Shown here one piece after another: positions 1-9,351 of a stretch of 58,650 bases of DNA. The notes beneath the pieces are model-generated. The model saw only the letters and a list, made by a program, of their open reading frames with translations, was not told the origin of the DNA and made no database searches. How positions within the stretch are numbered: the first letter of the stretch is position 1; the number at the start of each line of letters is the position of its first letter. The translations under genes and the position numbers were made by a program. Source of the DNA: Anaerolineae bacterium (GTDB lineage: Bacteria > Chloroflexota > Anaerolineae > UBA1429); NCBI GenBank assembly GCA_007132185.1, contig SLPC01000188.1:1-58650 (forward strand), written 5' to 3'.

Positions 1-267
1 CAGGCCGCCAGCCCCCACCACCGCTACCCTCGCCTCCAGCAAGGCTCTTTGCCCCTGGCATCCAACGGTGCCCAGATTGCGCAGATAGCGTTCAGGCATG
101 ATCTCCATGCTGAGCGCGGCAAGCTCGACCTCTCTCGGGGTCATGTTATGTGCCCGCGCCAGGGTGCGGACAACGTCGCAGCCGAGCGGCTTACCATTGG
201 TCTCACCCTGCGAGTCATAATCCAACAATGCCTTGGTCAAGGCATCATGAATCTGTTTGGGGTTCAT
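1..267 (-). CDS. HesA/MoeB/ThiF-family (E1-like) adenylyltransferase, 5' part only (runs off the window)
   Basis: Not in the ORF track; translated by hand from ATG at 267: MNPKQIHDAL...EVELAALSMEIMPERYLRNLGTVGCQGQRALLEARVAVVGAGGL. The RYxRN..G..GQ..L and VVGAGGL nucleotide-binding motifs are typical of ThiF/MoeB. A purine-rich SD lies upstream, and the start overlaps the 3' end of mutM. Confidence 0.85.
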   Translation of the reverse strand, partial: MNPKQIHDALTKALLDYDSQGETNGKPLGCDVVRTLARAHNMTPREVELAALSMEIMPERYLRNLGTVGCQGQRALLEARVAVVGAGGL

Positions 268-1111
268 CCAACGTCTCCTCTCCTTCCGTGGGCACCGGCT
301 GGCAGACGGGGCAATAGTGCGTGCCGCGCTGGGCGACTACGGTGCGCTCGATGAGCGTGCCGCAGCGCCGGCAGGGGGTCCCGGCCCGTCCGTACACCGC
401 TAGCGAGAACTGGTGTTGCCCCGTTTCGTCGCAGGGGCCGCGATAGTCCCGCAGCGTCGTGCCGCCGTGAGCGATGGCATCGCGCAGGATTCGGCGCAGG
501 TTCTCATGCAGCTCGGCGATCTGTGCGTCTGTGAGCGTATGCGAGCGGGTGAGGGGATGGATCGAGGCGGCCCAGAGCGCCTCATCCACATAGATATTCC
601 CCAATCCCGCCAACACCCGTTGGTCCAGCAGGAGCGGTTTGAGCTGGCGGCGGCGGCTGCGCAGCTCTTGGGCCAGGCGCTCGGGGGTTAGCTCGGGTGA
701 AAGCGGCTCGATGCCCAGGTTCCCAACCACTTCTTGCGGGTCAAAGGTCAGGTAGGCCCGGCCAAACTTGCGTATGTCGTGCAGGTAGAGGCGAGCGTCA
801 CGGTCAAGAGAGAGGATCAGATGCACATGCCGGTTCTGCTCCCAGTCGGGTTGCGGCGCCGGGCAATAGTAGAGGCGGCCCGTCATGCGGAGATGAATGA
901 GCAGCCAATAGGGGGGCAGCTCCAGAAGCAGGAACTTGCCGCGACGCCCGACCGATTGGAACGTGAGGCCGCAGAGCGCGCTGCGAAAGCTGGTCGGATC
1001 GTGGGTGGCCAGGGTGCGTTCCCAGCGGACGACTACATCGCATACCGTCTGACCGGGCAACCGCGCATCCAGGCTGCGGGCGATATACTCGACCTCCGGC
1101 AGCTCCGGCAT
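245..1111 (-). CDS. mutM: Formamidopyrimidine-DNA glycosylase / AP lyase (Fpg)
   Basis: N-terminal MPELPEVE, RRGKFL, HLRMTG, DIRKFG, the H2TH motif LLDQRVLAGLGNIYVDE, and a C-terminal zinc finger CRRC...RGTHYCPVCQ. Confidence 0.97.
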   Translation of the reverse strand: MPELPEVEYIARSLDARLPGQTVCDVVVRWERTLATHDPTSFRSALCGLTFQSVGRRGKFLLLELPPYWLLIHLRMTGRLYYCPAPQPDWEQNRHVHLILSLDRDARLYLHDIRKFGRAYLTFDPQEVVGNLGIEPLSPELTPERLAQELRSRRRQLKPLLLDQRVLAGLGNIYVDEALWAASIHPLTRSHTLTDAQIAELHENLRRILRDAIAHGGTTLRDYRGPCDETGQHQFSLAVYGRAGTPCRRCGTLIERTVVAQRGTHYCPVCQPVPTEGEETLDEPQTDS

Positions 1112-2328
1112 CAGCGCAGGTCCCGAACCACGAGCCGTGCCGCCAGCAGGATGGGGCTGGGCGCACAGGCGGCAGGCCGTCGCGTCTCGGGCGCAGGGAG
1201 AGGACGTGCCGGGAGCGTGGGCTCTTTGAGCGTCCGTGGTTCGAGGCCCAGGCTGTCGCGCCAGCGCGCATCCAGCTCGTCCAGCCCAAAGCCGTACACG
1301 CGACGCAGGGCCGTATCCTGGTGTGTGCCCTCGCCAAACACGCGCAAAAGCTCCTGCATCTTGTCCCGGCCATAGGTCTCGAGCATGTAGACCACCACCG
1401 AGTAGCTGGCCCCGTAAAAGAGGTCGACCTCATCGGCCCGGCCGCTGTAGCTGGTCATGGAGCGCACTGATAAAAGGGAATCGTTGCGCACCGCCCACTC
1501 CAGAGCCAGCAGATTCCCCTGTGGCAGCTCCCCTTCTGCGTACATGGCCAGCCCCTCGTCCAGCCAGCGCGGCAGTCCCGCGTATGGGTTATCAGTGGCC
1601 AATCCGACCACCACATGGCTTAACTCGTGGGCCAACGTGCGATCGACCTTGGGGTGCGACCCGAGCAGCAGCAATGTATCCCTGGCTACAACCACCCCTA
1701 GCGTCGTCACGCGGGCATCAAAGGCGTCACTGCGTGCCGTCAGCGCAGGCTGCATATCTCTCGCGTTAGCATAGACATAGATCTGGACCCGTTGTTCCAA
1801 GCTTACGCCGATCTCTTCCTCAATGCGAGCCAAGGCCTCTGTAGCGAGTTGCAGCAAGGTCTGCGCCTGCGTGGGATTTCGACCGTACCAGTGCAGGTCT
1901 ACACGGCCATCCGAGAGCGTCTGCCAATTGTGAGCGTCATCGGTGTACACCAGGCTACTAGTTGGCGTATCGACCATCGCGCCCGATGCGAGCCCCAGGC
2001 GCCACCAGTGCCGCAAGCGCGTTCCGGGCGCATACTGTCCGGGCTCCAGCCTCTCCCGATGTTCGACCAGCCCCTGCCTGCCGGCATCAAAGGCGGGATA
2101 GATGCGCCGCACCAGCGGTGAGCCCTCGATCCCGTAAAAAAGGACCACCTCATCGATAGAGGCTTCCGCCTCGACATCGAGCCAAAACACGATTTCCTGT
2201 GAGAAGAGATAGCTCGCGCCGCCGTCCTGGTACAAGACACCGGTGTCGGCCCGGGTCATAGCCCATGGCCCAGCGAGCAAAAGCAGGGCCGCCAGCAGGA
2301 TGCAGACAGCGATCCGCTCGAGCCGCAC
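1111..2328 (-). CDS. Secreted zinc metallopeptidase (peptidase MA / gluzincin-like)
   Basis: HELSH followed by PRWLDEGLAMY (HExxH plus downstream E) and a hydrophobic N-terminal signal. The likely start is GTG at 2328, because the track start at 2436 overlaps the Trm112 gene. The stop overlaps the mutM start (TGATG). Confidence 0.8.
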   Translation of the reverse strand: MRLERIAVCILLAALLLLAGPWAMTRADTGVLYQDGGASYLFSQEIVFWLDVEAEASIDEVVLFYGIEGSPLVRRIYPAFDAGRQGLVEHRERLEPGQYAPGTRLRHWWRLGLASGAMVDTPTSSLVYTDDAHNWQTLSDGRVDLHWYGRNPTQAQTLLQLATEALARIEEEIGVSLEQRVQIYVYANARDMQPALTARSDAFDARVTTLGVVVARDTLLLLGSHPKVDRTLAHELSHVVVGLATDNPYAGLPRWLDEGLAMYAEGELPQGNLLALEWAVRNDSLLSVRSMTSYSGRADEVDLFYGASYSVVVYMLETYGRDKMQELLRVFGEGTHQDTALRRVYGFGLDELDARWRDSLGLEPRTLKEPTLPARPLPAPETRRPAACAPSPILLAARLVVRDLR

Positions 2329-2353
2329 TAGGGCAACGCGTCCTGCAAGCCCT

Positions 2354-2560
2354 CTAGGGCTCGTACTCGTCCAGGTCCTCAACGGGTACATCAATGTGTT
2401 TGGTCCCTTCCTCAACGAGCATGATGGGGATACCATCCTTGATCGGATACTTGCGGCGACATTCCTCGTTCTGACAGACCAGCCAACGATCGTGCATCAA
2501 TGTAACCTTGGTCCGGCAAGAGGGACATACCAGAATGGCCAACAGTTCCTCATGAAGCAT
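2354..2560 (-). CDS. Trm112/YcaR-family small protein
   Basis: LLAILVCPSCR...LVCQNEECRRKYPIKDGIPIML signature, with SD AAGGAG upstream. Confidence 0.9.
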   Translation of the reverse strand: MLHEELLAILVCPSCRTKVTLMHDRWLVCQNEECRRKYPIKDGIPIMLVEEGTKHIDVPVEDLDEYEP

Positions 2561-2658
2561 CGCAGCTCTCCTTGAGACGTGGGCGGAAATCGAAAATGGC
2601 AGAGGACAGCGGTCTATGACGCATGGCGCTCGATCATCCAGACAGCATCAACGAGCCG

Positions 2659-2687
2659 AGTATAGCATAGAGGAAGGAGCTTCTCAA
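2659..2687 (-). promoter_or_regulatory. Sigma70-type promoter for the Trm112-peptidase-mutM-thiF operon
   Basis: Minus strand reads TTGAGA-17 bp-TATACT with an extended -10 TG. Confidence 0.65.
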
Positions 2688-2697
2688 CTCGAGTTAT

Positions 2698-2726
2698 TTG
2701 CCCTGATCTTGCAGTCGTGATATACT
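2698..2726 (+). promoter_or_regulatory. Sigma70-type promoter for rpsB-tsf
   Basis: TTGCCC-17 bp-TATACT with an extended -10 TG, back-to-back with the minus-strand promoter. Confidence 0.65.
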
Positions 2727-2764
2727 CGCTCGTTGGGAAGCTCTATCGAGCCTCCCAATTAATC

Positions 2765-2844
2765 AAACACGCCCCGAGCAAGGCCTCGTGCTGGCCCACT
2801 GGCCGGTGTATGCCACAAGGGGGCGGGTGTTTCAACGAGGAGGA
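2765..2844 (+). promoter_or_regulatory. Structured rpsB 5' leader (candidate S2 autoregulatory element)
   Basis: Long-range pairing of AAACAC-GCCCC (2765-2775) with GGGGC-gg-GTGTTT (2820-2832) directly before the SD GAGGAGG. Structured S2 leaders are established in other bacteria. Confidence 0.55.
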
Positions 2845-2847
2845 ATC

Positions 2848-3717
2848 GTGCCAGTAGTAACCATGAAGCAGTTGCTGGAGGCGGGTGTCCATTTTGGGCA
2901 TCGCAGCCGTCGCTGGAATCCCAAGATGCGCTCCTATATCTTTACCGAGCGCAATGGAATCCACATCATCGACCTGCAGCAGACCATCCAGATGATCGAG
3001 AGCGCCTATGAGTTTGTTCGCGACACGGCGGCCGAGGGCGGCACCGTCGTCTTTGTCGGGACCAAGCGCCAGGCGCAAGAGAGTATTCGCGAGCAGGCGC
3101 AGCGCTGTGGCATGCCCTTTGTCACGCAGCGTTGGCTCGGTGGCACCCTGACCAATTTCCGCACCATCAGGGCGCGCATCGAGTACATGCTCGAGCTGGA
3201 GCAGCAGCAGGAGCGCGGGTCATGGGACATACTCCCCAAGAAGGAAGCCACGCTCTTGGAGCGGGATCTGGCCAAGCTGGAGCGTCGGCTGGGTGGCCTC
3301 CGCAACCTGAACCAGGTGCCTGATGCGCTGTTCATTGCCGACGTGATGACCGAAGACATCGCCGTGCGCGAAGCCAACCGCCTGGAGATTCCCGTCGTGG
3401 CGATGGTGGACACCAACTGTGATCCCGAGCCCATCGACTATTTGCTCCCCTCGAATGATGACGCCATTCGCGCCATTGCACTGATCACATCGATCATGGC
3501 TGATGCGGTGATCGAGGGGCAACAGATGCGTGGCGTGCAGATGGCCGAAGAGGGTGAAGAGTACGAGGAACGCGTCTATGAAGGCGCGGAGTACGCGGGT
3601 GATCTCTATCCCCAGCGTTCCTTTTCGCCTGATGCCGACGAGGAGCCGGCCGGTGATCAAGAGGACATCATCATCATCGATGAGGAAGAAGAAGAGTACG
3701 AGGACATCGAGTCCTAG
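2848..3717 (+). CDS. rpsB: 30S ribosomal protein S2 with an acidic C-terminal extension
   Basis: [52 protein letters not shown] start at 2848 after SD GAGGAGG. Confidence 0.98.
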   Translation: MPVVTMKQLLEAGVHFGHRSRRWNPKMRSYIFTERNGIHIIDLQQTIQMIESAYEFVRDTAAEGGTVVFVGTKRQAQESIREQAQRCGMPFVTQRWLGGTLTNFRTIRARIEYMLELEQQQERGSWDILPKKEATLLERDLAKLERRLGGLRNLNQVPDALFIADVMTEDIAVREANRLEIPVVAMVDTNCDPEPIDYLLPSNDDAIRAIALITSIMADAVIEGQQMRGVQMAEEGEEYEERVYEGAEYAGDLYPQRSFSPDADEEPAGDQEDIIIIDEEEEEYEDIES

Positions 3718-3743
3718 TACTCTTTGTCCCTAATATTACATCC

Positions 3744-3769
3744 AAGCCGGGGCCTTGATCCCGGCTTTT
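3744..3769 (+). terminator. Intergenic hairpin/attenuator between rpsB and tsf
   Basis: AAGCCGGG-8 nt loop-CCCGGCTT followed by TT. Confidence 0.6.
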
Positions 3770-3809
3770 CCCTGACAGTTTCCCATAAAGCATGAGAGGA
3801 TTACGAACC

Positions 3810-4400
3810 ATGACCGTTTCGATGGATATGATCAAGGAGCTGCGCCAGTTGAGCGGCGCCGGGGTCTTGGAGTGCAAGAGGACGCTCGAGGAGACCGGCG
3901 GTGACCTGGAAAAAGCGGCAGAGATCCTGCGCGAAAAGGGGCTGGCGTCGGCCGCCAAAAAGGCCGAGCGCGAAGCCAACGAGGGTAGGGTAGAAGTCTA
4001 TATTCATCCGGGCAACAAGCTCGTGGCGGTGGTCGACCTACGCTGCGAGACCGATTTCGTGGCGCGCACGCCTGACTTTGTCGAGCTGTCACATGATATC
4101 GCCATGCAGGTCGCAGCCAGCGATCCTCAGTATATCTCGCGGGACGATGTGCCCGAGGATCTGATCGAGGAGCAGCGCGAGGCGTTCGTTGCCGAGGTGG
4201 GTGACGGCAAGCCCGACCATATCATGGAGCGTATCCTGGAAGGCAAGTTCGCCAAGTTCTACCAGGAGCAGTGCCTCCTGGATCAGGCCTTTATCAAAGA
4301 TGAGACCAAGACTATTCAGCAGCTCTTGACCGAGGCCATTGCTCGTCTGGGCGAAAATATGGTCATCAAGGAGTTCGGGCGCTTCTCCATCGACCGGTAG
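3810..4400 (+). CDS. tsf: Translation elongation factor Ts (short form, about 196 aa)
   Basis: IKELRQLSGAGVLECK, LREKG, CETDFVA, IAMQVAA. Follows rpsB. ATG at 3810 after GAGGA. Confidence 0.97.
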   Translation: MTVSMDMIKELRQLSGAGVLECKRTLEETGGDLEKAAEILREKGLASAAKKAEREANEGRVEVYIHPGNKLVAVVDLRCETDFVARTPDFVELSHDIAMQVAASDPQYISRDDVPEDLIEEQREAFVAEVGDGKPDHIMERILEGKFAKFYQEQCLLDQAFIKDETKTIQQLLTEAIARLGENMVIKEFGRFSIDR

Positions 4401-4424
4401 ACCTGCTCGTCTTTAACAAGCTGA

Positions 4425-5162
<738 letters not shown>

Positions 5163-5249
5163 GCGCGAACGGGAAGCCAAGGACGGATCTCTGCGGTATA
5201 ATATCGACAGGTGCTTTGTAATGCTGGCTGGAACTGGAGGAGAGAACTG

Positions 5250-5807
5250 ATGATAGACGATATTCTGCTAGACGTAGAGGATCGCATGGACAAGGCCATA
5301 GCCGCGTTGCGCTCTGATTTGACCGGCATCCGGACCGGGCGTGCCAATCCCGCCCTTCTCGATCGCATTCGTGTCGAAGCGTACCAAAGTGTGCTACCGC
5401 TGAATCAGGTTGCGACAATAGCGGTGCCAGAGCCCCGCTTGATCACGATCCGCCCCTTTGATGTCAGCACCATCGGAGCCATCGAGCGCGCCCTTCAAAA
5501 GTCGGACCTGGGCCTCACGCCCAACAATGATGGCAAGATCATCCGCCTTGCCGTGCCGCCTCTCACAGATGAGCGTCGCCGTGATCTGGTCCGTATGGTC
5601 AATCGTCGCGTCGAAGAAGCTCGCGTTGCCATCCGCAATATCCGGCGGGAGGCGTTGCGCAACCTCAATGATCTGGAGAAGAACGGTGAGATCTCGGAAG
5701 ACGATCTCTACAAGTCGCGAGACGACCTGCAGGAACTCACCGACGACTATAACAAGCGTGCTGAGGAACTGGGCGAGCAGAAGCAAGCCGAGATCATGGA
5801 GTTCTGA
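5250..5807 (+). CDS. frr: Ribosome recycling factor
   Basis: IRTGRANP, LGLTPNNDG, PPLTDERR, RVAIRNIRR. ATG at 5250 after GGAGG. A TATAAT at 5197-5202 may mark an internal promoter. Confidence 0.97.
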   Translation: MIDDILLDVEDRMDKAIAALRSDLTGIRTGRANPALLDRIRVEAYQSVLPLNQVATIAVPEPRLITIRPFDVSTIGAIERALQKSDLGLTPNNDGKIIRLAVPPLTDERRRDLVRMVNRRVEEARVAIRNIRREALRNLNDLEKNGEISEDDLYKSRDDLQELTDDYNKRAEELGEQKQAEIMEF

Positions 5808-6553
5808 TGAGTAGTGTTGAGGGCTCGACCAGCGTGAGTCGCCCCGCCGAGCTCATGAGGGTTCCACAACATGTGGGCATCATCATGGATGGCAACGGGC
5901 GCTGGGCCCAAGCGCGTGGCATGGCCCGCTCGGCGGGTCACCGAGCCGGCACGGAGAACCTGCGTAACGTGCTCGAGGCGGCGGCCGACTTTCGTATACC
6001 GATTCTGACCCTCTATGCGTTTTCGACGGAGAACTGGTCACGACCGGCCCCCGAGGTGCGCGCCCTGTTGAGACTTGTCCAACGAGTCATTGATCGTGAG
6101 CTGAACGAGCTTCATAGCCGCGGCGTGCGCATTCGCCAGATTGGTCGGAGAGAAGGCATTGACGATGCTCTACTACGACGTATCGAGCGCGCCGAGGAGC
6201 TTACGCGTGATAACAGCGAGCTGATTCTCAACATCGCGTTCAACTATGGCGGGCGCGCCGACATCGTCGATGCGGTGCGGGCGCTGGTGCGTGAAGGCAT
6301 GGCGTCCGAGGAGATCGACGAGGCCGCTATCAGTGCGCGGGTTTCGACCGCAGGGCTACCTGATCCCGACCTGGTGATTCGCACGGCGGGAGAGATGCGC
6401 CTGAGCAACTTTTTGATCTGGCAGGCAGCCTATGCCGAGTACTATAGTACGCCGACCTTTTGGCCCGATTTTGGCCGTGAAGAGCTGTACAAGGCCCTGT
6501 TGGCCTTTCAGGAGCGCAAGCGGCGTTTTGGAGGTTTGCTCTCCGGAGCCTGA
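5807..6553 (+). CDS. uppS: Undecaprenyl/polyprenyl diphosphate synthase
   Basis: HVGIIMDGNGRWA, YAFSTENWSR, NYGGR, DLVIRTAGEMRLSNFLIWQ, RRFGG. Confidence 0.97.
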   Translation: MSSVEGSTSVSRPAELMRVPQHVGIIMDGNGRWAQARGMARSAGHRAGTENLRNVLEAAADFRIPILTLYAFSTENWSRPAPEVRALLRLVQRVIDRELNELHSRGVRIRQIGRREGIDDALLRRIERAEELTRDNSELILNIAFNYGGRADIVDAVRALVREGMASEEIDEAAISARVSTAGLPDPDLVIRTAGEMRLSNFLIWQAAYAEYYSTPTFWPDFGREELYKALLAFQERKRRFGGLLSGA

Positions 6554-6593
6554 ACGATCCATCGATCTGCGAGACTGCTAGCCGGAGGCAGCC

Positions 6594-7388
6594 ATGCTTT
6601 CAAAGCGCATAGCCAGCGCCTTTATCCTTATACCCGTCATAGTCCTGCTTGTCGTTTTGGGCGGCTGGCCTCTCTTTGTCGCCTTGGCGCTCGCCGGGCT
6701 CGTGGCCGGCTACGAGTTCTTGGACCTGCTGCGCCGCATGGATCTCCATCCCTGCATCCCCATCTCCCTGCTGTTCCTTGTCCTGTTCCTTGCCGATGTT
6801 CAGTGGCCCACTTGGCATCTTGTGCAGTGGGTGCTCTGGCCTGCCACGGCGGTGTTGTTGGCCGATCAGGTCTTTCGGCGCAATCGTCCTGGCTCGGTGA
6901 GCAGTTGGGCGGGCGCGCTGGCCGGTCCGCTGTATATCGGGCTGGGCCTCAGCTTTTTCCTACGGATGCGTCTCTTGGATTCGGGGGATCTGCGGGTTCT
7001 CATCGTTCTGGGAGGCACCTGGATCAGCGATAGCGGCGCCTATTTCGTAGGCCGCGCCCGAGGCAGGCGCAAGCTCGCTCCCGCGATCAGCCCCAACAAG
7101 ACCTGGGAGGGCGTATGGGGCGGCGTGATTGCCGGTGTGCCCGCCGTTTGGCTCTCAAGCTGGCTGCTCCTGGGTTTGCCCCACTGGCAGGGCATCGTGC
7201 TGGGCATCGTGCTGGTGGCGGCCGCCACGGTGGGCGACCTGGCCGAGTCGGTGATTAAACGTCAGGTGGGCGTCAAAGACTCGAGCACGCTGATCCCGGG
7301 GCACGGGGGCATGCTGGATCGGGTGGACAGCTTGCTCTTTGCGGCTCCCACGGTATACTATTGTATGGTACTATTCTATTACCTGTAG
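6594..7388 (+). CDS. cdsA: Phosphatidate cytidylyltransferase
   Basis: Multi-TM protein with DSGAYFVG, ISPNKTWEG, GDLAESVIKR, KDSSTLIPGHGGMLDRVDS. Confidence 0.96.
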   Translation: MLSKRIASAFILIPVIVLLVVLGGWPLFVALALAGLVAGYEFLDLLRRMDLHPCIPISLLFLVLFLADVQWPTWHLVQWVLWPATAVLLADQVFRRNRPGSVSSWAGALAGPLYIGLGLSFFLRMRLLDSGDLRVLIVLGGTWISDSGAYFVGRARGRRKLAPAISPNKTWEGVWGGVIAGVPAVWLSSWLLLGLPHWQGIVLGIVLVAAATVGDLAESVIKRQVGVKDSSTLIPGHGGMLDRVDSLLFAAPTVYYCMVLFYYL

Positions 7389-7419
7389 CATTCGCGATCC
7401 AAAGCTGGCAGGCAACGAT

Positions 7420-9342
7420 ATGTCACCCGACACGCTTACCGCCGTTCTTGGCTTTGGCAACCTGGTCTTGGCTTCAGCCAATGTCATTATCGGCTTTTCG
7501 CTATTCGTCTATATTCTGACCCACAATCTGCGCAGTGCCGTGGCCCGCGCTTTTTGTGCTCTCACAGCGTTTGTCACATTGGTGTATGTCATTGACATAA
7601 CTATGGCCGACGTGAGAGGCTTGGACGCCGCCAGACTCTGGCTGCGCGTTCAATGGCTGGGGATCGCCTTTGTCCCTGCCGCCTACTTTCACTTTTCCGA
7701 TGCTCTGCTCAAGACCACAGGCGGCAGCTCGCGGGCTCGCACCTTGGGCGTGTGGATGGCCTATGGCATTAGTTCTCTGGCCTTTGCCCTGGTGGCGCTG
7801 AGCGATCAGATCGTGGATCAGGTAGCACTGCGCGACACCATCTTTCACCTCACGCCGGGGCCCTATTTCGGGCTGTTTGCTGGGTACTATATCCTCATTA
7901 GCCTCATCGGGTGGGTCAACATTACTCGGGCCCGAGATGCCTGCCTTACCTCAACTTCGCGCCGTCGCATGGCCTATCTCATGGTTGCGTTCTTGGCGCC
8001 CAGCGTGGGGGTGTTCCCCTTTCTTCTGATTCCCACCATGGCCCATGCACTATCTGGAACCCTGTTCTCGATTCTGACATTGGTTAGCAATATCGGTATC
8101 GTCCTCATGACGATCGTCATCGGCTACACGGTGGCCTATCAGGGTGTGCTCCTGCCCGACCGCGTCATCAAGCACCGATTGCTCCACTTTTTGTTGCGCG
8201 GGCCTGTGGTGGCGATCCTCGTGGTCGTCATCATGCTTAGTATCCCACACGTGCCCCAGATATGGGGGTTGCCGCGCGAGACCATTATGGTGGTCACCGT
8301 GGCAGGCAGCGTCATGACGCTCCAGGTATTGATTAGCCTGGCCAAGCCTGGGATCGACCGGCTGATCTATCGCCGTGATCGCCAGGAAATCAACTGGCTC
8401 CAGTCTCTCGATCAGCGCCTGCTAACCAGCACCGACCTGCAACAGCTTCTGGAGAACACATTGATCGCCCTGTGCGACCTGTTGCGCGCCCCATCAGGCT
8501 TTATCGTAACAATGCAGGGCGATAGCCTCGCGATTCGGGTGTTCTCTGGCTCGCGGTCTATCGCAGAGCGCTTTTTGCGCGCGTTCTCGGTGCCACAACT
8601 GGTCGAGAGAATTGCCAGCAGCCGCCAGGACGAGTTCCTCGCCAACGAAGACTTTGTGTCGATGGACGGTCACTGGCTGCTACCGTTGCGGAGCCGCAGC
8701 GATCAGACGACGCTGGGACTGTTGGGTATTCGCATGACCCGAGATAAGGCCGCCTACTCGGATGCCGACCTCGAGGCCAGCTATGGTCTTGTGCGTCGAG
8801 CCGAGACAGCGCTGGAGGATATGCGCCTGCAGCAACAGGTATTTGCCCTGATCCAGGCGCTGGACGTCGAGCTGGGCGAGATCCAGGGCTGGCGATCCAG
8901 TCCCTTTGTCGTGAGTGATAGCTCGCTCCAGCATCTGGAGATGAGCCCGGTGCACTCGCCCGGGTTTGCGCAGGCGGTCAAAGAGGCGCTGGGGCAGTAC
9001 TGGGGTGGCCCCAAGCTGAGCCAGTCCTCGCTCCGGCGCATGCGAGCGGTGCAGCATGCCATGGGCGAGAATGACAATGTGCCCGCCAAGGCAATTCGCG
9101 CCGTGCTCCAGCAGGCCATCGAGCGCCTCAAACCGGATGGGCCTCGCTCCATGACCTCGGCCGAGTGGCTGATCTATAACATCTTGGATCTGCGCTTTGT
9201 CCAGGGCCACCGCATCCGCGATATTGTCACGCGCCTGTCGGTTAGTGAATCGGACTTTTACCGCAAACAGCGTGTGGCCATCGAGCAAGTGGCCGAGACA
9301 TTGGCACAGATGGAGCGGGACTCGACCGAGAGCGCATCCTAG
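7420..9342 (+). CDS. Membrane sensor/regulator: HisKA_7TM-like N-terminus, GAF-like middle, C-terminal HTH
   Basis: About 9 hydrophobic helices with WLRVQWLGIAFVPAAYFHF (7TM input-domain style). The C-terminus ILDLRFVQGHRIRDIVTRLSVSESDFYRKQRVAIE resembles a sigma-region-4-like HTH. No H-box or HATPase motifs were seen. Confidence 0.65.
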   Translation: MSPDTLTAVLGFGNLVLASANVIIGFSLFVYILTHNLRSAVARAFCALTAFVTLVYVIDITMADVRGLDAARLWLRVQWLGIAFVPAAYFHFSDALLKTTGGSSRARTLGVWMAYGISSLAFALVALSDQIVDQVALRDTIFHLTPGPYFGLFAGYYILISLIGWVNITRARDACLTSTSRRRMAYLMVAFLAPSVGVFPFLLIPTMAHALSGTLFSILTLVSNIGIVLMTIVIGYTVAYQGVLLPDRVIKHRLLHFLLRGPVVAILVVVIMLSIPHVPQIWGLPRETIMVVTVAGSVMTLQVLISLAKPGIDRLIYRRDRQEINWLQSLDQRLLTSTDLQQLLENTLIALCDLLRAPSGFIVTMQGDSLAIRVFSGSRSIAERFLRAFSVPQLVERIASSRQDEFLANEDFVSMDGHWLLPLRSRSDQTTLGLLGIRMTRDKAAYSDADLEASYGLVRRAETALEDMRLQQQVFALIQALDVELGEIQGWRSSPFVVSDSSLQHLEMSPVHSPGFAQAVKEALGQYWGGPKLSQSSLRRMRAVQHAMGENDNVPAKAIRAVLQQAIERLKPDGPRSMTSAEWLIYNILDLRFVQGHRIRDIVTRLSVSESDFYRKQRVAIEQVAETLAQMERDSTESAS

Positions 9343-9351
9343 GGGAGCAGC

